The position numbers were made by a program, and so were the translations under genes. Below the pieces are notes generated by a model, which did no database searches, was not told the origin of the DNA, and saw nothing but the letters and a program-made list of their open reading frames with translations. Positions 19,844 to 28,383 of a stretch of 64,000 bases of DNA are shown here, in pieces (position 1 is the first letter of the stretch; every line of letters starts with the position of its first letter). The stretch is taken from the NCBI GenBank assembly GCA_963848295.1, contig CAWKDB010000002.1, positions 672,001-736,000 of the forward strand. Direction: 5' to 3'. This DNA is from an uncultured delta proteobacterium. GTDB lineage: Bacteria > Myxococcota_A > Polyangia > Haliangiales > Haliangiaceae.

Positions 19844-20443
19844 TCACCCGCGACGAACGCCCACGAGCTGCACCGTGGCGCTCGGGCCGTCGTGGAAGCG
19901 TCCCTCGTGGATCTCGCGGTTCGCGTCACGCGCCACGACGAGCTCGAGCGGGCTCAGCTGCTCGCGCAGCTCGGCGAGCGTGCTGAGCAGGCTCAGCTCC
20001 TTCGGGCCGCCGGTGCCGAGTGCGAGCTGCTCCGGCCGATAGGTCTCGAGGACGAGGCAACCGGCGGCGCGCAACGCATGCGGGATCTGGGCGTGGATTC
20101 GGTGGCGCACCGCCAGCGGCACGTGCGCGAAGATCTCGACGATGCCGCTCCAGCGGTCGATCCCGAGATCGAACGTCGCGAGATCGGCCTGGATGACCTC
20201 GATCGTGACGTCGTGAGCTCGCGCCAATCGCTCGGCCTTGCGCAGGCCTTCGATCGACAGGTCGATCGCGGTGACCTGATGACCGAGGCCGGCGAGGAAC
20301 ACCGCATTGCGCCCCTCGCCCTCGGCCAGGCACAGCACCGGCCCGGGCGGAATCCGGTACGCCTCGGCGCGCAGAAAGTCGTTGGGCTCGACGCCGTACG
20401 CGTACTCGTCGGAGCCGTATCGTTCATCCCAGAAGTTCGTCAT
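19844..20443 (-). CDS. Class I SAM-dependent methyltransferase (TehB-like)
   Basis: FWDERY...YGVEPNDFL...VLCLAEGEGRNAVFLA...GTGGP. Confidence 0.9.
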   Translation of the reverse strand: MTNFWDERYGSDEYAYGVEPNDFLRAEAYRIPPGPVLCLAEGEGRNAVFLAGLGHQVTAIDLSIEGLRKAERLARAHDVTIEVIQADLATFDLGIDRWSGIVEIFAHVPLAVRHRIHAQIPHALRAAGCLVLETYRPEQLALGTGGPKELSLLSTLAELREQLSPLELVVARDANREIHEGRFHDGPSATVQLVGVRRG

Positions 20444-20500
20444 CAAGCCTCGAGCTCGGGTGGTGCGTGCCAGCATCATGCCGGGTCCAAGCGTCGGGTG

Positions 20501-20528
20501 AGAGCCACCGTGCGCGGAAACGGTTCGC
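20501..20528 (-). promoter_or_regulatory. ECF-type promoter motif A (copy 2)
   Basis: GCGAACCGTT-N11-TGGCTCT upstream of the methyltransferase. Confidence 0.7.
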
Positions 20529-20538
20529 GCTCATCGAG

Positions 20539-20566
20539 GCGAATCCTTTTCTTGTCGCGCGGCTCT
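20539..20566 (+). promoter_or_regulatory. ECF-type promoter motif A (copy 3)
   Basis: GCGAATCCTT-N11-CGGCTCT, 8 nt before the MBL-fold ATG. Confidence 0.75.
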
Positions 20567-20574
20567 CGACCGAT

Positions 20575-21474
20575 ATGTCCACGCGTCCCCCGCAGGTCGA
20601 GCACTTCTACGACCTCGTGACATCTACCCTCACCTACCTGGTGTTCGATCCGACGACCCGGGATGCCGTCGTGATCGACCCGGTGATGGACTTCGATGCG
20701 GCGAGCGGCAAGACGTCGACGGCCTCGACCGACCGAGTCGCGCGCGCGATCGCGGAGCACGGCCTGACGCTCCACTACGTCCTCGAGACGCATCCGCATG
20801 CCGATCATCTGTCCGGCTCGCAACACCTCAAGCGACTGCTCGGCGCCAGGGTCGCGATCGGCGAGCGCATCACGGAGGTCCAGGCGACGTTCCAGCCGAT
20901 CTTCGATCTCCCGGCGGGGTTCGCGCTCGATGGCTCGCAGTTCGATCGCCTGCTCCGCGACGGCGAGACGCTGCACGCCGGGTCACTCGCGATCGACGTG
21001 ATCGCGACGCCCGGCCACACGCCCGCTTGCGTCTCGTACGCGATCGGCGACGCGGTGTTCACCGGCGACGCGCTGTTCGTCGAGGACTCCGGGACCGGCC
21101 GGTGCGACTTCCCGCGCGGTGACGCCGACGTGCTCTACCACTCGGTCCACGACCGGTTGTACGCGCTGCCCGGCGAGACCCGGGTGTTCGTCGGGCACGA
21201 CTACCAGCCCGGCGGGCGCGCGCTCGCGTACGAGACCACGATCGAGCGCGAGCGGCAGCACAACATCCAGCTGACCGCGTCGACCACGGCGCCAGAGTTC
21301 GTGGCCTTCCGGACGGCGCGCGATCGCACACTCGGGGCGCCGAAGCTCCTCTTGCCGAGCATCCAGGTCAACGTCGATGCCGGTCGCCTGCCGGCTCCGG
21401 ACCCGCACGGCCGGCGGTTCCTGCGACTGCCCGTCAACCCCGGCGCCGCCACACTCGACGATGGCTCGACATGA
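20575..21474 (+). CDS. MBL-fold metallohydrolase, persulfide dioxygenase (Blh/ETHE1)-like
   Basis: [48 protein letters not shown]. Confidence 0.88.
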   Translation: MSTRPPQVEHFYDLVTSTLTYLVFDPTTRDAVVIDPVMDFDAASGKTSTASTDRVARAIAEHGLTLHYVLETHPHADHLSGSQHLKRLLGARVAIGERITEVQATFQPIFDLPAGFALDGSQFDRLLRDGETLHAGSLAIDVIATPGHTPACVSYAIGDAVFTGDALFVEDSGTGRCDFPRGDADVLYHSVHDRLYALPGETRVFVGHDYQPGGRALAYETTIERERQHNIQLTASTTAPEFVAFRTARDRTLGAPKLLLPSIQVNVDAGRLPAPDPHGRRFLRLPVNPGAATLDDGST

Positions 21475-22415
21475 CCCGCAACACCGGGTTCTGGATCTTC
21501 GTCGCGATCATCGGCACCGCGCTGGTCGTATTCGGCGCGCCGAGCTGGCTCGCGCTCGGCGCGGGGCTGGTGGTCGCCGTGGCGTCGGGCAAGGCACCTC
21601 CGGCCGCGGTCAGAAAGCTCACCGGCCGCACCTTGCAACTCGGCGTCGTCGCGCTCGGCGCGGGCATGAACCTCGAGGTGGTCTGGCGGATCGGCTCGAG
21701 CGGCGCGCTCATCACGGCGATCAGCCTCAGCGCCGCGCTGGCACTGGGCTTCGCACTCGGCCGCTGGCTCCGGGTCGGCGGCGATACGCCGTTGCTCGTC
21801 TCGGTCGGCACCGCGGTCTGCGGTGGCAGCGCCATCGCCGCGGTGTCGAGCGTGATCAAGCCCAAGGAGCACGAGATCTCGGTCGCGCTCGCCGTCGTGT
21901 TCATCCTGAACGCCGTCGGGCTCGTGCTGTTCCCGGTGCTGGGGCACGCCTTCGGACTCTCGCAGCCCGTGTTCGGCCGCTGGGCAGCGCTCGCGATCCA
22001 CGACACGAGCTCGGTCGTCGGCGCCGGGATGGCGTACGGCCCGGTCGCGCTCGGCATCGCCACGACGACCAAGCTCGCGCGCGCTCTCTGGATCGTCCCG
22101 CTCACGCTCGCGATCGCGATCGGCCGCCAGCGCGGCTCCGGCGCGAGCCTCCGCGACGTGAGGTGGCCGTGGTTCATCCTCGCATTCGTCGTGGTCGCCG
22201 CGCTGTTCACGTGGATCCCGGCACTCGCCGCGGTCTCGCATCCGATCGTGGTGATCGGGCAGCGCGCGCTCGTGCTCGCGTTGTTCCTGATCGGGCTCTC
22301 GCTGTCGCGCAGCGCGATGTCGAGCGTTGGTGCTCGGCCACTGCTCCTCGGCGTGATCTTGTGGATCGCGGTGGCGGCGGTGTCGCTGCCGCTCGCGATG
22401 ATGGCGCCGGGATAG
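21471..22415 (+). CDS. YeiH family putative sulfate exporter
   Basis: GTAVCGGSAIAAV, AIHDTSSVVGAG, KLARALWIVP; ATGA overlap with the upstream gene. Confidence 0.9.
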   Translation: MTRNTGFWIFVAIIGTALVVFGAPSWLALGAGLVVAVASGKAPPAAVRKLTGRTLQLGVVALGAGMNLEVVWRIGSSGALITAISLSAALALGFALGRWLRVGGDTPLLVSVGTAVCGGSAIAAVSSVIKPKEHEISVALAVVFILNAVGLVLFPVLGHAFGLSQPVFGRWAALAIHDTSSVVGAGMAYGPVALGIATTTKLARALWIVPLTLAIAIGRQRGSGASLRDVRWPWFILAFVVVAALFTWIPALAAVSHPIVVIGQRALVLALFLIGLSLSRSAMSSVGARPLLLGVILWIAVAAVSLPLAMMAPG

Positions 22416-22425
22416 CGGTGCGAGG

Positions 22426-23043
22426 TCAGGCGGGACGCGCGGTGCCCGCGAACGTGTAGCTCAACCAGCGCGCACCGTCGGTGTAGTCGGCATGCAGGTC
22501 GTCGGAGCGATAGCCCGCGTCGCGCAGGATCCCGGCAATGTCACGATCGAGGTGACAGCCACCACCGACGCGCCGCCACACCGGCGTGAGCCAGCGTTGC
22601 CAGCGCCGAGTCGCGGCATCGCGCGCGAGCCCGTGCTCGACAAGCACGAGCTCGCCGCCGGGGCGCAGCACGCGGCGAAGCTCGGCGAGAGCGCGCGCCG
22701 GGTCATCGAGGCTACACAGCGAGTACGTGATCACCGCCGAGTCGAACGCCCGATCTGGGAACGGGAGGTTCTCGGCGTAGCCGCGGATCAGCTCGACCTG
22801 CACCGGCGCCGCCGAAGCGCGACTCGCGGCACGGGCGAGGAGTGGCGCCGATGGATCGAGGCCCGTCACCTTCGCGACCGTCGCGGCGTCGTAGAACGCG
22901 AGGTTGAGGCCGGACCCGACCCCGAGCTCGAGCACGTCGCCGTGTGCGCGCGGTACCCAACGCTTGCGCTCGTCGAGGATCGCCGCGCTACGGCACGCCT
23001 TCTCGACGAGGTGGGGCAAGACGTGGTCGGCCCAGAGGCTCAT
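22426..23043 (-). CDS. Class I SAM-dependent methyltransferase
   Basis: VLELGVGSGLNL, RRVLRPGG, EHG, GGCHLDR. Confidence 0.9.
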   Translation of the reverse strand: MSLWADHVLPHLVEKACRSAAILDERKRWVPRAHGDVLELGVGSGLNLAFYDAATVAKVTGLDPSAPLLARAASRASAAPVQVELIRGYAENLPFPDRAFDSAVITYSLCSLDDPARALAELRRVLRPGGELVLVEHGLARDAATRRWQRWLTPVWRRVGGGCHLDRDIAGILRDAGYRSDDLHADYTDGARWLSYTFAGTARPA

Positions 23044-23064
23044 GGCCCGGCTGCCTCCGCATGC

Positions 23065-23451
23065 TCAATCACGCGACATCTCGCTGTCACGGTGGGCGAC
23101 CGTCTCGGCGACCTCGCGGCGAATCGCGTCCATGTCGAGCGCTTCGACCTGCGTGACCAGCGAATCGATCGTGGAACCAGGGAGCGCACCAGGCCTCGAG
23201 AATACGAGGACTCCATCGCGAAACACCATCAACGTCGGGATCGCTTGGACCCCGAGCTCACCCGCGAGCTGTTGCTCGGTCTCGGTGTCCACCTTCGCGA
23301 ACACGATGGAGGGATTCCGCGCCGCCGCGGCTTCGAACGTGGGTGCGAACGCCCGGCACGGGCCGCACCAGCTCGCCCACAGATCGACCACGACAATGCC
23401 CTGCTCGATCGTGGCCTCGAACGTCTCGGCTGTCAGATTCTTGATCGCCAT
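23065..23451 (-). CDS. trxA: Thioredoxin
   Basis: WASWCGPC; IPTLMVFRDG; AGGAGG RBS. Confidence 0.92.
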   Translation of the reverse strand: MAIKNLTAETFEATIEQGIVVVDLWASWCGPCRAFAPTFEAAAARNPSIVFAKVDTETEQQLAGELGVQAIPTLMVFRDGVLVFSRPGALPGSTIDSLVTQVEALDMDAIRREVAETVAHRDSEMSRD

Positions 23452-23468
23452 GTGCGACCTCCTGTCCT

Positions 23469-23735
23469 TCAGAGCCGTCGCTGACCGGAAGGATTCGCGA
23501 GTGTGGCGACGCCCGGATGAGACAGCGCCGCGGCGGCGCGCGCCTCCTGCAGGAACCGGTCGACGGCGAGCTGGACGGCCGGCCCGCGCAGACTGGCGAC
23601 GTGCTCGGGCTTGATGGCGACCTCGCGTCGGAGGTCGAGATCCTCGGCGCGATACACCGCGCCCATCCCGCCCTCGCCGACCTTGGTCACGATGCGATAC
23701 GGAAAGCTCGCCGTCGGCTCGCTGGGTGGGAACAT
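23469..23735 (-). pseudogene. Ser/Thr kinase N-lobe remnant
   Basis: VGEGGMGAVYRAED...VAIK...RFLQEARAAAALSHPGV, then ends; no HRD or DFG. Confidence 0.8.
23471..23498 (-). promoter_or_regulatory. ECF-type promoter motif A (copy 4)
   Basis: GCGAATCCTT-N11-CGGCTCT; both elements identical to copy 3. Confidence 0.75.
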
Positions 23736-23744
23736 CGGTAGGCC

Positions 23745-23876
23745 TCAGATCACGTGCAGGCCCCAATGCATCGCGGCGAACCCGACGAACATGACCCCCA
23801 TCAGGATCATGAGCTTGTCGTGGATACACGGACCCTGTTTCGCCTTGCAGCCGTCGATCGGGCACATCTTCGCCAT
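23745..23876 (-). CDS. 43-aa Cys/His-containing single-pass membrane peptide
   Basis: MAKMCPIDGCKAKQGPCIHDKLMILMGVMFVGFAAMHWGLHVI; GAGGAG RBS; preceded by promoter motif B. Confidence 0.7.
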   Translation of the reverse strand: MAKMCPIDGCKAKQGPCIHDKLMILMGVMFVGFAAMHWGLHVI

Positions 23877-23926
23877 CGGATTCTCCTCGGGGTTCGGTCG
23901 GTTCGTGGACTGAGTCTCCCCTTCCA

Positions 23927-23951
23927 GTCTTCCGAGACGGCACAGCGTTAC
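23927..23951 (-). promoter_or_regulatory. ECF-type promoter motif B (copy 1)
   Basis: GTAAC-GCTGTGCCGTCTCGGA-AGAC; GTAAC contains the TAA stop of the DUF2063 gene. Confidence 0.7.
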
Positions 23952-24682
23952 AGGCCATCGGAGGCGACGAGGATCTCCGCACGCAGCCACCGCAGCAGGA
24001 GCTCGATGGCGCGGACAGGAGCATCGTCGCCGTGGCTCGTCGCGAGCCGCTCGCAGACCTCGGCGAACCGGATCCCGGTCACGAGGTGAGGTGCGAGCTC
24101 GGCCTCGTCGCGTTCGAGCGTGCGATGAAACACCGCGACGCCGCGACGCCAGACCAGCACGGTCCGCGCGGCTCGCGCCGGCACCAGGCCGGTCGCGCCG
24201 TCTTCGATCGCGCTCCACGTATCGTCGACGGTCCACGCGAGCGAGACGAGGACACTCGCGGGGACCAGGCGCAGCTCGAGGTCGGGCAACGCGAGATCGA
24301 GCGCCGCGACCTCGTCCTGGGCCAACGGCCGTGCCTCCGGCCCGTCGAAGACCTCGATGCGCGCGCGCTCCAGCTCGGCGAGCTCGGCCAGCCACGGCGT
24401 CGCCGTGCGCGCCAGGAACGCGGGCAGGTCGAGCCCCGCGTCGCGCAGCGTGTACGAGCGCGGTGGGTGGAGCTCGAGGTACCGCGCGACCAAGTCCGCG
24501 AACGCGTCGTCGCCGAGCATGGCGCGGACCTTGGGGTAGTCGGCCGCGAGCGTGTCGTGCAACCGGCTCGCGTACATCCGGGCATAGATCCAGAGGTCGC
24601 CGGACGCGATGATCGCGTCGGTGTCGCCACCCGTGATCACGCGCGCGTAGAACGTCCGCTGGAGCGCCGCGAGGTCACCCAT
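23948..24682 (-). CDS. DUF2063/HvfC/BufC-like MNIO partner protein
   Basis: LAALQRTFY...IYARMYASRL...DYPKVRAMLG...LAELAELERA; overlaps the end of the MNIO gene. Confidence 0.85.
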   Translation of the reverse strand: MGDLAALQRTFYARVITGGDTDAIIASGDLWIYARMYASRLHDTLAADYPKVRAMLGDDAFADLVARYLELHPPRSYTLRDAGLDLPAFLARTATPWLAELAELERARIEVFDGPEARPLAQDEVAALDLALPDLELRLVPASVLVSLAWTVDDTWSAIEDGATGLVPARAARTVLVWRRGVAVFHRTLERDEAELAPHLVTGIRFAEVCERLATSHGDDAPVRAIELLLRWLRAEILVASDGL

Positions 24683-25529
24683 ATGCGGGCACCTTCGCCG
24701 CGAACCGAGGCAGGCCGAGCGCGATGCTCCGCGCGTGATCGAGCTCGCCGACCAGCTCGCCGAGCGGTGGGATGTGGTCGTCGCGTTCGATCATCGTCGA
24801 GACCGCGCCGAACCGCGCGACCGCCGCGGCGTACAGGTCCCACACGGCCGCGCAGACCGGCTCGTCATGGGTATCGAGCAAGTGACTGCCGTGATCGCTG
24901 TGCCCGGCGAGGTGTATCTGGCCGACGCGCTCGACCGGGATCGCCGAGAGATAGGCGTGTGCGTCCCAGCCGTGGTTCTGCGAGCTGACATAGACGTTGT
25001 TGACGTCGAGCAAGATCCCGCAGTCCGCGCGGCGCGCGACCTCGGCGAGAAACTCGGCTTCGCCGAGCTCGCTCGCCGCGAACGTGACGTAGCTCGACGG
25101 ATTCTCGAGGAGGATCCGCCGACCGAGGCGATCCTGCACGCGGCCAACGCGGTCGACCACGTGCGCGAGCGCCTCAGCTGTATACGGCAGCGGCCACAGG
25201 TCGTGCGCCGCGTGCCCGCCGACGCCGGACCAGCACAGATGATCCGATACGATCGCCGCCTCGACCTCGGCGACGAGCGCCGCGAGCCGAGCGAGGTACG
25301 CCTCGTCGAGCGGATGGACCGATCCGATCGACAGCGACACGCCGTGGAGCACGATCGGCGCGCGCTCGCGCATCGCGCGCAACACGCGCCGCGGGTTGCC
25401 GCCCGCGACCATGAAGTTCTCGCTGATCACCTCCCACCAGTCGACACCGGCCGCGCCTGCCGAGCCCGCGAGTGCGTCCTGATAGTGCCGCGGCCGGAGC
25501 CCGAGGCCGAAGCCGAGACGCGGCCACAT
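24675..25529 (-). CDS. DUF692 multinuclear non-heme iron oxidase (MNIO, BufB-like)
   Basis: GLGLRPRHY, EVISENF, LHGVSLSIG, SDHLCW, LENPSSY, LLDVNN, IHLAGH, DTHD, ERDD. Confidence 0.95.
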   Translation of the reverse strand: MWPRLGFGLGLRPRHYQDALAGSAGAAGVDWWEVISENFMVAGGNPRRVLRAMRERAPIVLHGVSLSIGSVHPLDEAYLARLAALVAEVEAAIVSDHLCWSGVGGHAAHDLWPLPYTAEALAHVVDRVGRVQDRLGRRILLENPSSYVTFAASELGEAEFLAEVARRADCGILLDVNNVYVSSQNHGWDAHAYLSAIPVERVGQIHLAGHSDHGSHLLDTHDEPVCAAVWDLYAAAVARFGAVSTMIERDDHIPPLGELVGELDHARSIALGLPRFAAKVPAYG

Positions 25530-25531
25530 GG

Positions 25532-25837
25532 CTACATCTTCTGCGCGACGACGGTCCCGCCCTTGGTCTTGCACTCGTCCTCGGTCGCGGTCTTGACGAA
25601 GCTCTTGCCCTTGCAGCCGTTCTGGCCGGCGCACGCGTTCTGGGCGCTCTTGCAACTACCGTGACCCTTGCAGTCGTTGATGCCGTCGCAGTGGACCATC
25701 GCGGCGGTCTTCTCCGCGGGCTGCATCGCGGCCGGGGCCGGCTTGCTGCTCGTGTCTTCCTTCTTGCTGCATGCCGACGCGAACAAGCTGGCGGCGGCAA
25801 TCGCGATCATCGTTCCGGTGCGGACAGGGTTCTTCAT
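25532..25837 (-). CDS. Bufferin-type (BufA2-like, six-Cys) precursor with a lipoprotein-like signal
   Basis: LFASAC lipobox-like; CDGINDCKGHGSCKSAQNACAGQNGCKGKSF...ECKTKGG; AAGGAG RBS. Confidence 0.88.
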   Translation of the reverse strand: MKNPVRTGTMIAIAAASLFASACSKKEDTSSKPAPAAMQPAEKTAAMVHCDGINDCKGHGSCKSAQNACAGQNGCKGKSFVKTATEDECKTKGGTVVAQKM

Positions 25838-25886
25838 CGCATTCTCCTTGGCAGTCGAGGTTTGTTCGACCGCTTCTGCGATGTCT

Positions 25887-25911
25887 GTCTCGCGACGTCG
25901 CCCGACGTTAC
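25887..25911 (-). promoter_or_regulatory. ECF-type promoter motif B (copy 2)
   Basis: GTAAC-GTCGGGCGACGTCGCG-AGAC upstream of the precursor; contains the TAA stop of the anti-sigma gene. Confidence 0.75.
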
Positions 25912-26177
25912 GTCGGCTCTGGCTTTTTCTTCGCACCGGCGAGCCGCACCTCGTTCCACGCCGCGAATCGCTTGCGCATCTCGTCGCGCACATCGGCGGG
26001 AATCGGCTCGTCGGGCAACCGGCCGAGGCTGCCGATCGTGGCCCTCATCTGCCGCAGGTACGCGCGGCAGTGCTTGCACATGCCGACGTGCATCTGGAAC
26101 CGCATGCGGTCCCGCAGGCTCAGCCGACCCTCGAGATAGTCGGTGATGATCTCGGTGATCTCTTGGCAGCTCAGCAT
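25908..26177 (-). CDS. Soluble zf-HC2 anti-sigma factor
   Basis: MLSCQEITEIITDYLEG...HVGMCKHC. Confidence 0.9.
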   Translation of the reverse strand: MLSCQEITEIITDYLEGRLSLRDRMRFQMHVGMCKHCRAYLRQMRATIGSLGRLPDEPIPADVRDEMRKRFAAWNEVRLAGAKKKPEPT

Positions 26178-26803
26178 TCGGTCTTCGCGAAGTGCGCCTC
26201 CAGCCGGGCCCGGAGCCGGGTCCGCGCACGGTGCAGGAGCACCCGCTGGTTGGTCTCGTTGATCTCGAGCGCGTTACAGACTTCTTCTGCGGTCCAGCCG
26301 AGCGTATCGCGAAGGACGATGATCACGCGCTGTCTTTCGGGCAGCTCGCGAAGCTCGACCTCGAGCAGCGTCATCGCCTGCTGGTTGCCGACGAGCTTCT
26401 CCGGAGACTCATCCTCCCACCGGATCGGCGGAGCGCTCCACTTGCCGTTGGCGTTGAACCGCGCCGCATCGACGACGGCGAGCTCGTCGGCGTTCTCGTC
26501 GCCGTCGCCGATCGCCGAGAACGGTGTCATCCGTGCCTCGCGCACGCCCTTGGTCTTGGCGCGGTTCACCAGGATCCCCGAGATCCAGGTTCCGAGTGCG
26601 GAGCGCTCCTCGAACGAGGCGAGGCCGTCGAGCACCGCGACCCAGGTGTCTTGCACGACCTCCTCGGCAGACGCGTCCGTCGACACGAACATGCGCGCGA
26701 GTCGCCTGAGCCGACCATGGTACTTCGCCACGAGCGCGTCGAAGGCATCCGCATCGCCCGCGCGAAGTCGCGCGAGGAGCTGCCTATCCTCAGAGTTCGC
26801 CAT
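26171..26803 (-). CDS. ECF sigma-70 factor
   Basis: AEEVVQDTW, FEERSALGTWI, NQRVLLHRAR. Confidence 0.92.
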   Translation of the reverse strand: MANSEDRQLLARLRAGDADAFDALVAKYHGRLRRLARMFVSTDASAEEVVQDTWVAVLDGLASFEERSALGTWISGILVNRAKTKGVREARMTPFSAIGDGDENADELAVVDAARFNANGKWSAPPIRWEDESPEKLVGNQQAMTLLEVELRELPERQRVIIVLRDTLGWTAEEVCNALEINETNQRVLLHRARTRLRARLEAHFAKTEC

Positions 26804-26874
26804 AGCTATCGAGGGCTTCACCCTAGGCGGGTGCACCTGCGCCGTCCAGTCGGGATCCCCTCGGAAGATCGCGC

Positions 26875-26899
26875 GTAACGAAACCTCGGCCCGCGAGAC
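26875..26899 (+). promoter_or_regulatory. ECF-type promoter motif B (copy 3, antisense to doxX)
   Basis: GTAAC-GAAACCTCGGCCCGCG-AGAC on the + strand. Confidence 0.55.
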
Positions 26900-26916
26900 C
26901 AATCGGATCGAGGCGT

Positions 26917-27384
26917 TCATGCGTGGTCACCAACCACGAGGTGCCGGCGACGCGCCAGCCAGTGATCGACGGACGCAGCACCCGCCCCCGCCAACGCGAG
27001 CCACGTGAACGCGGCCAGATACGCGATCTCGACGGTCCCCGCGAGCTCCGCGATGCCGTGAACCTCGGGGAGCTTCGCGGTCAAGATCGCGACCGCCATC
27101 ACCCCGATCAGGAAGAGCGCGGCGATCCGCGTCCCCAACCCGACGAGCACCGCGAGCCCGCCGAGCAGCTCGACGGTCGAGACGAACACGGCCTGCGCGT
27201 GCGGAGCCGGGATGCCGAGCGAGCCGAAGTATTGCGTGACGTCGTCAAGGCTATGAAGCTTGCCCCAGCCCGAGGCCACGAACACGATCCCGAGGGCCAC
27301 CCGAACGAACAGCGGGCCGAGCCATTCCACCTTGTGCGTGACCGAGAGAGAGCGATCGTACGCGACCTTGAGAGCTCCGAGCAT
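26917..27384 (-). CDS. DoxX family membrane protein (BufD-like)
   Basis: RVALGIVFVASGWGKL, FGSLGIPAP, ELLGG...GLGTR, GAGAASVD. Confidence 0.9.
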   Translation of the reverse strand: MLGALKVAYDRSLSVTHKVEWLGPLFVRVALGIVFVASGWGKLHSLDDVTQYFGSLGIPAPHAQAVFVSTVELLGGLAVLVGLGTRIAALFLIGVMAVAILTAKLPEVHGIAELAGTVEIAYLAAFTWLALAGAGAASVDHWLARRRHLVVGDHA

Positions 27385-27392
27385 GACGCCTT

Positions 27393-27417
27393 GTCTGCCG
27401 ACCGGGCGATCTGTTAC
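27393..27417 (-). promoter_or_regulatory. ECF-type promoter motif B (copy 4)
   Basis: GTAAC-AGATCGCCCGGTCGGC-AGAC, 8 nt before the doxX ATG. Confidence 0.75.
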
Positions 27418-27831
27418 GCGCCATCCGAACCACGCCGCTGAAGCGACGCACCGACCCAGTGGGCCGTCCTTCATCTAGCTAGGGGAGCACCGACGAGCTC
27501 GGGCGCCGACGGTGGCGCGCCGGTCGTCCGAACCGCTAGCCACACGCCGATCAGGGCGGCGATGACCGCGATCCCGCGGCGAGCTTCGATCGCGATCACG
27601 GCAGTGCGACACCAGCGCTCGCCGCCGGTTCCCTCGTGGCAAGCGCCCGCCGGCTTGGCACACTAGGGTGGTCATGAGCGTCGCTTCGGCCGCGTACGTC
27701 GCCGAGCGTCCGTTCCTCTGGCTTCAGTCCGCCGGCGAGGTGCAGAAGCTCCTGAGCGCGTGCAACGACAATATCCTAACGTGCTCCTGTACGCTCGGGA
27801 CGCATGTCACGGCGTGTTGGTGGGCCAGCGA

Positions 27832-28167
27832 TCAGTCCTCGCTACCATCGCCGGCGCGAAGCGCTTCGACGACGGCTTCGTGGTCCGCGGCGATCGTCGT
27901 CATCGTTCCGGGCGCGAGATGCTCGAGTCGCTCGTACAGCGGACGACTCGCGATGGCGACGACGCCGGGCAGCGCCGAGATGAGCGCGCGCGCCGACATC
28001 CGCACGTGGGTTCCGTCATAAAGGTCGGCCGGAGGGAGCGGCTTCTTGGTCTCGAGCGGCACGCGGACCGGCCGGCCGGCTTCGGCACCCGAACCTTTGA
28101 GGTTTGCCGTCCGGTGGCCTTCGAGTGGATCCGGATCGGCGCGCCGGAGGATCATGAAGTCATTCAT
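27832..28167 (-). CDS. Hypothetical protein (possibly degenerate)
   Basis: Protein-like ORF from MNDFMIL; no recognised family. Confidence 0.3.
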   Translation of the reverse strand: MNDFMILRRADPDPLEGHRTANLKGSGAEAGRPVRVPLETKKPLPPADLYDGTHVRMSARALISALPGVVAIASRPLYERLEHLAPGTMTTIAADHEAVVEALRAGDGSED

Positions 28168-28383
28168 CGTAGCGATCGTAGCGGATGAGCCGAGCGAAAT
28201 GCTCGAGGACGCCGGAAAGTGAAGGGCTAGTGGCCATCCCCGCGCGCGAGCATGGAAGCCTTGCGTGGCCTCCCGGCCGCCCGCATGCGCCCCGATTCTG
28301 CCTCGGAGTTCGCTCAGGCCCGCCTGGATCATGTGATCGCGCAGACGCTCGTGCACCCACCGCCGGCCGACTCCTGCTTCATG

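Noticed and set aside
27690..27780. VAERPFLWLQSAGEVQKLLSAC resembles the start of a tyrosine-integrase catalytic domain
   Set aside because: Only about 25 residues and no catalytic R/H/R/Y motifs follow; cannot be supported without a search.
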